A stretch of 64,000 nucleotides of DNA from Selaginella moellendorffii (taxonomy: Eukaryota > Plantae > Lycopodiophyta): the NCBI RefSeq assembly GCF_000143415.4, contig NW_003314323.1, forward strand, positions 748,499 through 812,498, written 5' to 3'. The position numbers and the translations under genes are program-made. The notes under the pieces are model-generated. The model saw only the letters and a program-made list of their open reading frames with translations, was not told the origin of the DNA and did not search any database. Of this stretch, positions 25,601 to 38,010 are shown piece after piece (position 1 is the stretch's first letter; the number at the start of each line of letters is the position of its first letter).

Positions 25601-27870
25601 CTCATCGGTGAGGTAGTCTTCCTCGGGAAACACCTCCACTTCCATCTGCAAAAGTGAAAAATAAGTATTTTTGCATGGATAAGTTCTTGGGTGAGAAAAC
25701 AAGGAGCCAACAAAACGACCTGTTCGACGATTTCATTGCTCAGAAATCCAGGAAGGTTGAGCTCGTCGCGGGCTTCAAACTTGAAAGCTATTTCTTCCCC
25801 ACAGCCTCCGGCAATTACTTGTTCTTCATAAACAGGTTTACAAGCAGCCGCCAGTTCAACTTGAATCTGGAAAGATCCAAAGGTGTTCATAATTATGAAT
25901 GAAACATGCTTGCCGTAGTACCTCGAAAGCTAAGCTCATAAGTTGATAGTCCGAGTGCCATGCTCGTCCTTCCCACAATCCAGGAGTCTTGGCATAGTGA
26001 GTCCCCTTAGCTGACACTGTCCCTTGTTGAGGACATAGCAAATGTCTTTGTCCCAGCTCATTGAGATTGTGCCTCCTATTGCTGTGTCGACGTTACCATC
26101 TTCGTCCACAACATGAATGTTGAGTCCGGTAACTTCCCGTCCAATGTAAGATCTTTTTTGTTGCTGAAATCAAATACAGTTTCGCTTCTCGGATGAAAAA
26201 TGGATAGGCATATTGTGCTCACCTCAGATGCAAATTTCAAGGTTCGACTAGCGCCCTTGAAAACTATTTCGAACATTACGATGTCGTCCTCCGAAGAAAG
26301 AACGATGGAACCTGAAAACCCATAATGAAGCAGCATTTTAGCTTTGCATCAAAACAAGCACCTGTCATGTTGTATTCCTTTGCGACTCTGAGTTCGCTCA
26401 AGCGAACAATGCCGGCTCCATCAGTTTCGACTTCTTGCTGTGAGAGGTGTACGCCAGATAGCATCCGAGTTCCCTGCCTAACGGAGTTTCCCCATTCGTC
26501 GAATCCCTGCAGCTTTAGAATCTACATTAATATGGTGCAATGACAAGAACAGTGCCTACCTTGAACACCATGCACGGGAAGTAACAGTCTGGATCCAGTG
26601 GTTGCTTGACGCAAAACATCGATCCAGAAGGAGGGAGCTCGAGAGAGCTATTCACAAGCTCCAGTCGTGCAAGCTTGCCAGGATAAACTGCGGAAGAAAA
26701 ACAAATCATCATTGAGGTAGAAACAACCGAAGCTATCAAGATGACAGCTGATAACCTTGACATCTCCAGTGTCCAAGCTTCTGGTTTCCAACGTAGAAGC
26801 ATAGACGAGCGTCGTGAGCCGGCAGTATGCAGCCCCGAACTATGAAGTTCTGTGGAGCAGACATTATAAGCAAATCCAAAAAGAGGTTTGAGACTTACTC
26901 CGACATTCATTTTGTCCTTTTGGGGAAAGCTCATGCTCTCACGTCCAAGCGAAACTGTACTAAGCCTCGTGCTCTCCAATGCCTCGAGAACCATGCACAC
27001 ATTCGAACAAGGCTGTGAGAATGGCACCAGATTGTCGTAGGTGTCAAATCCCTGAACAGTAAAGTTCTGCGTTACTAGCTCCTCCAAGCTGTAGAATTTA
27101 GAACATAGATAGTAGTTAATAGCAATAAAAGATAAGCTTACGTACGTAATCCCGGTGCATGCCTCGGTATCAATATGCCATCTGGAAACGGACCCCAAGG
27201 ATTTGATATTCACCTCCCAAACTGCTGGCTTAAGGTCCGGATGCCCATCAATCGAGAACTCCACCTTGTACTTCCCAGCCTTGCAAAGATCTGGAAAGAT
27301 TGTGCCCGAAGCGAATGCATAGATCCCCTTGATATCGTTTATGGCTTCAACCTCCGCGTAGTAGCACCATTGCATCTTCGTCTCCTCACGATCTTTCGAC
27401 GAGAAATGCACTTCGGCCTTCATCCGGGGGGGGGGGGGGGGTCTGCAACAGTCACCGATTGCTTGCAACTCGTTCCAGCGCCTTGCTGCGTACGCACCAC
27501 GACCAGAAACGAGTCGATTTGGAGCACGTATCCCGCTTCGAACGTGAGGTTACTCCGATGCAGATGTTTCCCCCCAAACACTAGCCTGTCGTCGTTGTTG
27601 AGAAGCTCTATGAATGCCGGCAGCTTTCCCTTCAGCCGATTCTCCTGTGTATGCCACTCACTTGGAGTCATGCAGTGGCACTTCTCCGAATTCAGAACGC
27701 TACAAGGGAACCACCTGCACCTGTTGAGCTTGAAGCTGCAAATCTGTGCCGTCTCAATCTTGCTCTCTTCTTCCATAGTCAGCAGTTCCACGGGCCTGCA
27801 AACCATCTTCACTTCCCCGTATTGTTCGTCGAGTCCATCGCAGAAGACCCACTCGATGACACCGTAGAAA
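22690..27870 (-). pseudogene. GMI1: GMI1/SMCHD1-like protein (Ig-like repeats, coiled coil, DMS3-type SMC hinge); 5'-truncated and frameshifted; 3' end uncertain
   Basis: Hinge-like PAGFLGYGVNFLYL...LRQSLFYHVFRKLQVY...AVSLDGG and DDILGPIVLLARVE; GMI1-like GVIEWVFCDGL...GEVKMVCRP; repeated VQGFD(T/E)YDN and VDIHDN Ig-like motifs. Frameshifts at the poly-G (~27426-27441) and at ~25195. No GHKL ATPase exons upstream. Confidence 0.75.
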
Positions 27871-27879
27871 TTGAAAGTT

Positions 27880-29555
27880 AGTCCTATCATTGAAATGGTT
27901 CTAGTGGTGTTATTGGATGAAGCTCTTGAGTTTGTTTCTTTGGTGTGTACTTGGTTCATTGACAAATGTTGCATTCTTGACAAAAGTTTGCTGAGTCGTG
28001 CCAAAGTGTTGATCACCAAAGTTTTGGTGTAAAACAGATGTAGAGTAGGATTTACTTTCTTTTGATGAGGTTTGTTAAGCTCAAAAGATTAAACTATGTA
28101 TTCGAAGGCTTCACGATGGGTTTAAGAATTTTATATCATTTGTTGATGACTTGCTTTTTTGGCATTTACATTTTTAATATCACCTTGAGGACAGTCTTCT
28201 TTATTTTCTGAGAATAGATCTTGATGATCATTTATAATTGGTGGTGCCTTCAATCTTTATTCCATACTTTCTTTATACTTACAATAATTCTCCTATTCTA
28301 GGTGGGTATATGGGACATTGTTGTGTGACCTTGAAGTTGCATAGATTTTTTTATTAGTCAGAGATGCAACGTGGGGTTATCTGGTATGTGTGTAGCTGCA
28401 TTTGGTGCCAAGCTCATAATACTTCTCTTTGTACTACAGAAGGACAATTTGAGTCAATTATAGTTTCTTGTTTGTTTGAGTTGGTGGCATTTGATTTGAT
28501 GGGACCTTTTCCATGATTGACTGCTAGCAATGAGTATATCATTATTGTTTATGACTACTTAACTCACTAAGTGGAAGTCGGTGCTTTTGCTAGTGTGTCA
28601 GCAATTATTGTTGAATACTTCTTCCTCAATTGAGTGGTGTTTTAACATTTATGTCTGTAGTAGATTCTTTTGGATAATGATCCCACATTTATGATTAAGG
28701 CATTTCACATTTTGACGTATCAGTTGGGGATGTGCTACACTTTCATGAGTGCTTATCATTCACATTCAAACTATTTAGTGGAATAGCTCTTTCGGACATT
28801 CAAATGGATGATTGTGAAATACGTGAACTTTCAGCATTTGGATTGGGAAGGTTATTTGTTGTCTCTTTGGTATACATATATCACAGAAGTGTAGAGTTCT
28901 ATTAGTGCTTCACTATATAAACTTCTATATAGTCATGATCCAATACTGCCAAAGGGGTTAGGTTTATCTTTGTGATTGCTGCAGACTGCTGATGCTAAAT
29001 CATGAGATCAGTATTTGATGAGCATTCTTCCATTTGTCCGAGTAGAGTTTGTTGAACATCTGGGTTGCATATAAATGGGACAATAACAACACTATAACTC
29101 CCATTATTATTCATCTGCAAAGTACAAAGTGGATGATTTAGTGTAAGCCTATTTTCCCCATCTTATAGTAGATGCTCCTTGCTCAGTGGAAAAGTCCATA
29201 TCAAGTGTTCTGGCAAATTTGACTGCAAGTTTATGAGGTTCAGTATAACATCCAGTAGGCCAATCCTCTAGAAATTGTGCATATACACTTTGTACAAAGG
29301 GATTAAGAACAATTGGCACCACCTACAAATTCATCGATGCCTCTTCTTGATGTTTTTCTAGATCCCAACCCATCTATGAAAGAACTCTGACAATCTTCTA
29401 AGGGATCTGAGGTTATGATATTGTATACTAATATTAGCATAATGGAATTTTGGTAGGTATTGGATTGGTTTTAATCCAAATTACTCACTCCTGTATATAA
29501 GCTAGGGGGATAATTGATATGCACATTTCCTGTATTCTTATTCCATGCATTCACA
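27880..29555 (+). mobile_element. Degenerate Ty3/Gypsy 3' portion: integrase relic plus 3' LTR (~29408-29555)
   Basis: Zn-binding relic NSPILGGYMG...CSCIWCQ, core ELVAFDLMGPFP...YIIIVYDYLT with many stops. The terminal ~150 bp ends in CATTCACA and resembles the LTR at 53084-53247. Confidence 0.75.
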
Positions 29556-29603
29556 ATATTATAATTTTATTTTAATAATATTTAAAAATATAATAAGAAA
29601 ATA

Positions 29604-31746
29604 TGATTGCTGAGAGTGGCTGCAGGGGCATTCCAGCTCTTTGGGCTGGTGGTTCTACAATATGGATGAGTTGAGTGTGTCAAGTGGAAGATCTGGACTC
29701 TGGGTTCCAGTCCTGGAGGTTTTCTTGCACCTCTTCATCACTGCTGACTATTTCACGCGGCAGTGAGGTTGCTCCAACCAGCAAAGTTACAGTGGCCCAA
29801 CAGTATTGTCTTTTGTGCTCCTTTGCTACTACATTACACACAAGCTTGAAGTGGTGAGTTATCAAGATTTCTTGTGGCAAAGCGGTAAAAGAGCATTTAT
29901 TTCTTGGTTGCAGCTCATTCGGATGCCAGCCACTGAAGTGATGTATTTGGCAGAAGGAATTACATGTATGGCTTGTCTCTTTTCCTTTTCATTCCTAACC
30001 AGCCGTCTGTGCAGATCTTGTGTCACTCATGTCTAGAGTTCCCTGTACTTTCTCAGCGTGAACTTGTCTTCTGGATGCCCTTCTCCTGTTTGATGTGAGC
30101 AAGCAACTCTGCGTGCTCTTCTTCGCGTGGCTGCACCTCCAGGTCCAAGCAAACAAGCAGCCGCACGAATGGCTTGACGCTTTCATACCTCAAGCCAAAG
30201 CTGGCAGCAGGGGGTACCTGGGCAAACTCTTGCTCTGCTTCCTAGACACCGTGCATGCATACAGGTTTCAGGAATTCTTTCTGCCAACCAGGGAGAACAT
30301 CGACAACGTCTATAACGTTTGGTTCAAGGAACTCCTGGTGGTAGATGGCAATGGATCGATCTCACCCCCGGCATCTGCCAGGTGGTGGAGGTAAAATCCT
30401 TAGCTCAGAGACAGGCTTCTTATTTGTTTTTTTTTTTTTTTTGTTTTTTGGCAGGAGGTGGTGGCAGCAGTGACTCACACATTCGAGTGGGACCAAAGCC
30501 TTGTTGTACCTCTGGAGTGCTGGGTTCGAAGGAGCTCGCTCGTTTACCAGTACAGGCCTCGCGAGGTTTCATACTATATGGACTTTAAGGATGCAAGCTT
30601 GCAAATTGGCCGTCTGATCTACACTTGGACACTGACGAAAAAGGGGCAGCGCGACCAAGCTCCAGACGCTGTGCTCGACGGGCAAGTCGATCGTGGAGAA
30701 CGCACAGTCGGTGACAGCGGGAAGCAGCGACGAGCGCCAGCTCTACCGTGCCGCCCCTGCCGTTTTCGGCAAGGATTTTAGCGGCCATTTCGTGCAGCTG
30801 TGCAGGAACGCGCAGTGGGAGCCGGATGGGGTCCCTTGCTTGCAATCCGAGCTGGGAGAAATAAGGGGCTGGCATGGAGAGGGCTGATTTTAGTCTTCAA
30901 CTTCCAGCAGCATTACTTTGACGACGGCCATAAACAAATGGACGTTCGGTGGCATGGTCGTCTACATTGTTCACGTATGCACACTCTTTTCGTTGGAATG
31001 TGTTTCTGATTGTTTCCTTTTATCTTGTGTGTTGTTTTGCGCAGCTGATATTTGAGGATCACTTGGCCCTAGACATTGATCGCAAAGCGTCACAAGAATG
31101 TGAGTGACATGAATTATCTATCTTTACTTGGTGGAAGTATTTACTAAAGCTGTTTCTGTAGGCACGGTGGCTCTAAATAGTCACCCAAACCTTGATACAA
31201 TCTGGAGCAAGAGAGGCATTTTTATTGCATCAGATGCGACTAAGAAGAGGTGTCTAACTCTTGAGAAGTTGATAAACTCTCCCAAAATACAGGGGGCTCT
31301 GGGAGCTGGCGCTGATGAAATAGGCAATGCTATGGTCAAGGCGATTGTAGTTGGTGGTATCGGGAACACAAAGAGTTATGGTTTAAAATGGCGAAAAGGC
31401 TCATAGCATATGCAATTTCCAAAGGAATAATTTAAGAATATATTCTTCTTGGGTGCATGGATCTGAATGCACTTACTAGACAACTATTGGACTTGAGTTG
31501 CAACGAGAGTGCCACCACCTGGCTTCCAAAATCACCTGGTCCAGTCATTGGGCAGCATGCCAAGAGAGGCCTTTAAAATACAGCCAAGGGTTAGGGTTTT
31601 AGCAGGGACAACCCAATGCTGGAGATATGGCGCGATCTATGCCGGGAATGCTTTTCTTTGCTTCCTGGATCAGGGCGTGGAAGCGAATGTGATTGAGAGT
31701 AAAATGGGCGACGTCATCCGGGCATAGCAGAAAAAGAAAAGTCCGA
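29604..31746 (+). pseudogene. Unknown gene copy 2 (5'-truncated direct repeat of ~15473-17672)
   Basis: High identity to copy 1, e.g. LCVLFFAWLHLQVQANKQP and VAAVTHTFEWDQSLVVPLECW, with many indels. Confidence 0.85.
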
Positions 31747-32122
31747 ACTTATGGATGTCGCCAGCATTCCTATTTAAGTTCATATAACGTTCGCTAGCTT
31801 ACTTTCACATTGAATTTGAGCCCAGATGATGAGATTTCTTAGGAGATTTTCTTGGCTTTCCGAGGAAGAAACTTTCTAGCATCGACAAAAACAGAGAAAT
31901 GCCAGCTGAGGCAAATGCCGTAAAACACTACGACTCGATGTAAAAACATCCACTACTCGCTCGATCAAAATCCCTGATCCTGGGTCCTTGACTGTCCCAG
32001 TGAAGACAGAACCAAGCTCTACCTCCCAGTGGGAACGACAGAGCTACGAGAATGCCTGTGCGTTTATCTATGAGCAAATGCCACTCTTCTATACTCTTTG
32101 AATTTTCCATTAACAAGTAGCC

Positions 32123-34165
32123 ATGAAAACTAGGGCTTTTGTGGCGCTCCCAGAGCAGGGAGTTCTTCTCTACTACAAGTTCGTCACGCTGCCGGATCCC
32201 GAAGCGACCAGGGACTGGTTCGAGCGATCGTGTTCTTCGCTGGCGCTGCTGGGGAGGATACGGATTGCGCCCGGGGCGTCAATGTCACGGTATGTGAGTG
32301 GCATTCTCTGGAAATTCTTTGTGTTCTCACGGATTCTTGCTAGGTCGGAGGCAGCATGGAATCGCTGAGGGAGCACATCGATGCTGTTGCGAGGCAGGAG
32401 CTGTTCCAGGGATGCGATTTCAAGCTCGCTGCGTGCTCCCGGCCTATGGATCGCGATGCCGCTGCGAGCTGTGGTTTTGATTCCTTGTCCGTTCGTCTGG
32501 TTGAGGTAATTCTTTTCTCGCAAGTTCTTGCTCGAGCAAAGCTTTTTTCGTTTTTTCGGCTTTTTAGGAAATCGCGTGACGCTTGGTGTATTCCCTTCTC
32601 CATCGCTTGCAAATGCTGGGAAGCATCTATCGCCAGAGCAGTTCCATGGAATGCTCGACCAAGCAGGTTTTGGTTGTTTTCTTTCCAACTTACAAGATTT
32701 TCATTCGTGCAGGGAGCTTGAAACAAAGCAACGCTGCCCCCCAAGATACGCCAGTACAGTGACTTGCCTGCTTGGATAGACGAGCGCGCGGAGCAATTGC
32801 GCAACAAATCAGTACTGATGTATTTCTTTCTAAGTCGTTTCTTTCATTCATTGTGTTATATGCTTTTGCATTTGTTGCAGGTATTTCACTGGAGGTGTCC
32901 GGTGCGAGATGGCTTCTGCTTACATTCGTAGCAAAGGAGAGGAATTCGAGAACGTCTACCAGGTTGTTTGGTTTTCTCCTGTTTGTACGGTGGATTCTAA
33001 CCTCGTGCTACGCAGCTTTCTGGTGGCATTCAGCGGTATCTGGAGGCATTTCCTGAAGGAGGATACTTCCATGGGAAGAACTTTGTTTTCGATCATAGGT
33101 AGTGCATGCATCACTCTTACTCGGAAGCTGATAAGCTTTGGCTGGCAGGATATCAGTTCCATCGCTACAAGATAAAACTGTTGGCTGCTGCTATAGTTGC
33201 AAATCTCCCTACGATGACTATACTCCACGGCTCCGTTGCTCCATGTGTCGTATGCTGGTACTTCTATGCGAAAGTTGCAAGGTAATTCGTATATGATCTT
33301 TGTCTTCTCTTTACCTTGCATTGTGCTTTCAGGCGTCAGTGCCTTATCTCTGCGAGCTGTGCGCTGCTAATCAGCATTCTAGTGAACCAGTAGAATCAGG
33401 ACGTGATAAATGTGAGTGCTTGTCAAATTTTGATAGCAGACATATGACCCACCGTGAACAGGCTCGAAGTTAAGGATACTGTGCTTGCACGGCTTTCGTC
33501 AAAACGCATCAAACTTGAAGGGCAGGCTCGCATCGCTGTCGAAGAAACTCAGACGTACAGCCGAGTTCGTCTTCATAGATGCTCCTCACGAGCTTCCGCT
33601 GCTCTATCAACTTCTCGAGGACGAAACGAGGCAAGAACCTACAGCCCAGCCGCACAAGAAATTCGCGTGGTTAACCGATCCGGATGGTCCGAAGGCTAGC
33701 ACACAAACGTGGACTCCAGTACAGAAGTCTTTCAATCCCATGCAGTACCAAAAGCAAACGTCGGGTTGGAGCGAGAGCTGGGAGTACCTGGGACAAGTAT
33801 TGGCTGATCGCGGGCCATTCGATGGCGTTCTCGGGTTCTGGCAGGGAGCGGCCGTGGCTGCCATACTTTCTTCACTCAAGGATGCTGGACTGATCGACAT
33901 CAAGTTCGTCGTGCTGTGCTCGGGGTTCGTTTCGCCGGTGCTAGAGCAACAGGTGTTGGGAGGATTGATCGACTGCCCTTCGCTGCACATTTTCAGTGGG
34001 AAAACTGGCTATGACCGGCAAATCTCTTGCACGGAAAGCGAGAGATTGGCTGGGAAGTTCAGGCCTGACTCTCGAATGGTAGTTCGTCATGACTCGGGGC
34101 ATATAGTTCCCACTCGACCGGACTACCTCGAACAGTACTCCGAGTTTTTCAAGCAGTTTCTATGA
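32123..34165 (+). pseudogene. STR6 copy 2, disabled
   Basis: Original ATG lost by an 8-bp deletion, 1-bp frameshift at ~32275, ~70-bp deletion at ~32735, catalytic GFSQG changed to GFWQG. Confidence 0.85.
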
Positions 34166-34629
34166 CTTGTCTTTAAAGTTCGGACGAGGATTGTGACGAA
34201 CGCCTGCCCGCGCCCCGCAAGTTGGTCGAGCTAGAGATTTTTGGAGCGATCGTATGGATTGCGTACGGCCAGCCCTGTCTCTCCAATCGTGCCTGAAGCA
34301 GGCGAAGATGATCGCACAGATGATGCTAACAAATCTACATCGATCCATAAATTTCAGTGTGTCTTATAGTTGGCATCTTAATGTTTGACACAGTAAATAC
34401 TGGTAAATATGAATTAATAATTGCTTAAAAGATTTTAAAATTTGTGAGGTCCAAGCACGAAAAGGCCTTGGAATTGGAACTGAGTCCCTCTAGCACTAGC
34501 TTTGTATTAATCCATTTTATGGCAAAATATGCCTCTCCACAAGACTATTCAATCCAATGTCTGAGATTTAAGACTAAATTGTTTGAGGGTTTGAGCCATA
34601 AAAAAGGAAATGCTCCATAAATTTGAAGT

Positions 34630-36017
34630 CACTGTGGTCGACCGTTCCCCGCCAAAAGTATGCACGTCCATGTCTGCATGCTTGTGAAGCAAACCTACGA
34701 GAACAATTTCGGCATCGAAGTTGAGACCGAGTACTATGTGGATCGACTGTCTATAAAGGATCAGATTGTGAGGGACAACAGCAACGATAATGACCCTTTG
34801 ACGACGCACCAGACGAGAACACTGTGTCATACACTGGCAACAATGGCGGCGGTGTCAGCTCTTTCTACCACACCGCTGCTCTGGTGGTGTGGCCCAAGGA
34901 TTGCAGAATGGAGGCGCTATGCTACAACAGTGAAAGTGTACTGAAGTGGCTCGAGGAGCAGCACAAATGCGAGCCTGGCCGGACGAATGGGGATTTGGAG
35001 CGATACTTGACAAGTAAAGTGGGGTACAAGACGCATTTTGAAATTCTGCCAGATTTTTGCGTCAAGCACGACTGTCACGACGCAGCCTGCTTGGTCATGA
35101 AGAAGTGGGGGATGACGCATGGCAACAGCAGCACAGGGTATGGTTTCCGTACACTTGGTTCCTTTCCCGCTAGCAGCTTGGTCCAAGTAGCTAAAAAGTG
35201 GGGAGAGAGCAGCTTTCCTCACATGGAAGAGTTTTGGGAGAAGACATTGAATTGAAGAAGCTTTGTGGGAGAGACAAGCAGAGAAGCCCTACCCCGACAA
35301 AAGATATGGGCCCTATGGAAAATATTATTAAGTCAACTTTGCACAGCGAAAGGAAGGAAAAGCTGGCTAAGCTCCAGCACGAAGGAAGGAGAAGTTTTCT
35401 GGGAAGGGTGTTGTGACGCTCGAATCGGATGTCACTGCAATGGCTTTGGGAAGGAAGAGATTCATCAACGATGTTGACCTGAAGAAATCTATGGCAGTGA
35501 GATTAACAGTGCTGATGCGCTTGTGCTGCTCTTGTGAGGAAACTGGAAGATTAATTGGGGGCTCTTGGTTAAAATGAAAGAAGCAGCCGGGCTGTTTGGC
35601 TTGAAGAAGGATGAAAAGGTGACGCAGCTCTTCTCGGAACTTTTGTCACGAGCACTGAAATATAGTAGTCACAACAAGAAACTGGCTGAAGTTGCAATTT
35701 GGCTGGGCAATGAGGAAATGGTGAAAGTTGTAGTAAAGTATGCGAGAAGTGGTAATTTTAACGATGAAAAAGACGATAGCAGCTTGATTGAGAGTGCCAA
35801 GACATGGGACGATGTTGCTAGAGACGGGTTGAAGAAGGTGATCAATGCTAAAATTTGCTACTTTTTGGGCAATGGAGATGAAGAGGTGAGTTGCAGCGAC
35901 AGGAGCGATGATGAAGTAGATGAAGAAGACGAGGAGAAAGAAGAAGGAAACAAACGATGCAAACTAAACCCGAGGGCTGAGCGTGTCGAATATGAGCAGA
36001 AAAGGATAGAAAACTAG
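34630..36017 (+). pseudogene. 2OG-Fe(II) oxygenase family relic copy 2 (middle plus C-terminus; oxygenase domain deleted)
   Basis: SYTGNNGGGVSSFYHTAALVVWPK (family-typical YTGNxG...YH.AAL..WP); 3' part nearly identical to 9972-10590. Confidence 0.65.
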
Positions 36018-37744
36018 GGTGCCACGATCTGGAGACTGCGTAAGCTCTTGAACAATTTTGCTTGATCCTTCAAACAGCATATAATATTGCAGCACTTGCA
36101 ATAAGATTCTCAAAGGCTGAAGTGTCGTTAAGTAAAACTCCATTGAGGAATTGCGCAACGACACATCTGCGCATCGGATCTCGGCCTCCGGCCAAGTGAA
36201 GAAGAGTTTTGCTTGCAGAAAGAAGCCATCTGCTGTTCAAACGCACTGAGCTCGTCATCCCATCTCGGTAGGCACAATATCAAAAGCCGGAGCACAACTC
36301 TCTAGTGTCGTTTGTAAATAGGACTCGGTTGCCGTCACTTTCGATTTCTGGAAGTGCTTGCATTATATAGAGAAATCCCACGAGATCCATACTGTGAATC
36401 TGTGAAGCTTACATAATGTATTGGCAAGTAAAATTGCAAGTGATCATAAGCACACTATATGACGAAACCGTGCTAGCGATCAACGTAAGCATCTGGACTG
36501 TAGATGCAGCCTGGAAGGGACTGTTTCAGAATCTAAGCATCTGGCTAGATTGTTGAAGTTTTGGATTATGTTATCGACTTGGAAACTTGTAGGGAGCCAG
36601 CCTGTGTCTAAGGCTGGATTTGTTGCTCCTCTTGGTCCTGCTCAACTGCCATGGGCTCCTGTTCTGATAAGAAAACTGCATTACTAACCTCGTGTTGGTA
36701 TGTTTCAGATGATCTAGTTGCATGCTTGACATACTTCAACAACGCCTTGGCGCCTTAGTTGCACCTTTTCTTTTGAGAGCATGCAAAGAACATCTTCAAG
36801 CTGTCATGACTATAGTTGATTATGGATTCTCGAGAGTTGATTCTTTCTGTTCTTTCAATACTGTGAGAATCAGATAAACACATAACCATTATAGTTGACT
36901 CTGGATTCTTGAGAGTTGATTCTTTTTGTTCTTTTAAAACTGTGAGAATTGCGATTGACTTTGTTGTTGTAAAAAGAAAATCCGTATAAATAAAATGACT
37001 TTTATGTATAAAACATAGCATTATTTAACTGCAATGCAACAAAAAGGAAGTGGAAAGCTATCTCGCTTCTTTGCTTGCAGCCAGCTCAGCAAGTCTTTTG
37101 AAAAAAAACTAACTTTGCGAAGAAGTGATGGTGATTTCGATTTTTCTGGACACGAATACCTTCGGATTTCGAATTCAGTGTTAAAAAAACACAGGCATAG
37201 AATATTTTACAAATATCCAATTCTTATGCCCCACATGGGGCATCATGCCCATAGCAATGACCCATGCTATGTATGGAATGGAGCCATTCATGGCCAATAA
37301 GCCCATGCATTCTAGCAAGTTGTTAATGTTGCAAACCAAATGGACAATCAACCAAATTCCATACCATATTACCTTATCTAGGGCATTATGTTTTCACATC
37401 TTGCTTTTGGCATTCATGGCAAAAGAATTGAATTATCCTTTTTTGGCACACCTCTTTTAACATAGTGTTCATAATAAATGTAAGTGAACTTTATTTAGCT
37501 CCATTGCAAAGCCATGGATATATATTGTCTGGAGTAATGTCTCTAATACATTTTATTGAGTTTATCCTTCGTTACCATTGATTTCCAGTATAGTTCTCTC
37601 AACATATTAGTTTTGTACCATGATGCTTAGAAGATTTGCATATGACTCAAAAGTAGGTTGAAGTCTAACCAATTCGATGAATTGGTGGGGCTCATACTTC
37701 AATTGTGTACTACGCAAAGGTGCATAGTGTTGATGTTTAGACTT

Positions 37745-38010
37745 GGAATTCTCTCAAGAAGAGCATGTAGAAGGAGATTTGAGAATGTGGAAGTTGCAAT
37801 TGCATGCAATAACATTCAGGATAACAATAGACACTTTCAACATTTTCCAATTATAATTGTTTCAAATTGAATCTGGAGTTCTCTCAAGAGGAGCTTGCTG
37901 AAGGAGATTTGAGAATATAGAAGTTGCAATTGCATGCAGTAACATTCAGGTGAGAAGAGCAATAACAATAGACACTTTCAACATTTTCCAATCATAACTA
38001 TTTCAAATTT
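37745..38010 (+). repeat. Tandem duplication of ~125-135 bp
   Basis: TTCTCTCAAGA...GAAGGAGATTTGAGAAT...GAAGTTGCAATTGCATGCA...ATAACAATAGACACTTTCAACATTTTCCAAT occurs twice. Confidence 0.85.

Larger units (their letters stand above)
31751..37163. repeat. Arm 2 of the inverted segmental duplication (partner 8855-14291)
   Basis: Reverse-complement identity as for arm 1. It begins immediately after the end of unknown-gene copy 2. Confidence 0.92.

Noticed and set aside
37176-37195. CAGTGTTAAAAAAAC as a hAT-type terminal inverted repeat
   Set aside because: I found no matching inverted partner or hAT transposase in the window.
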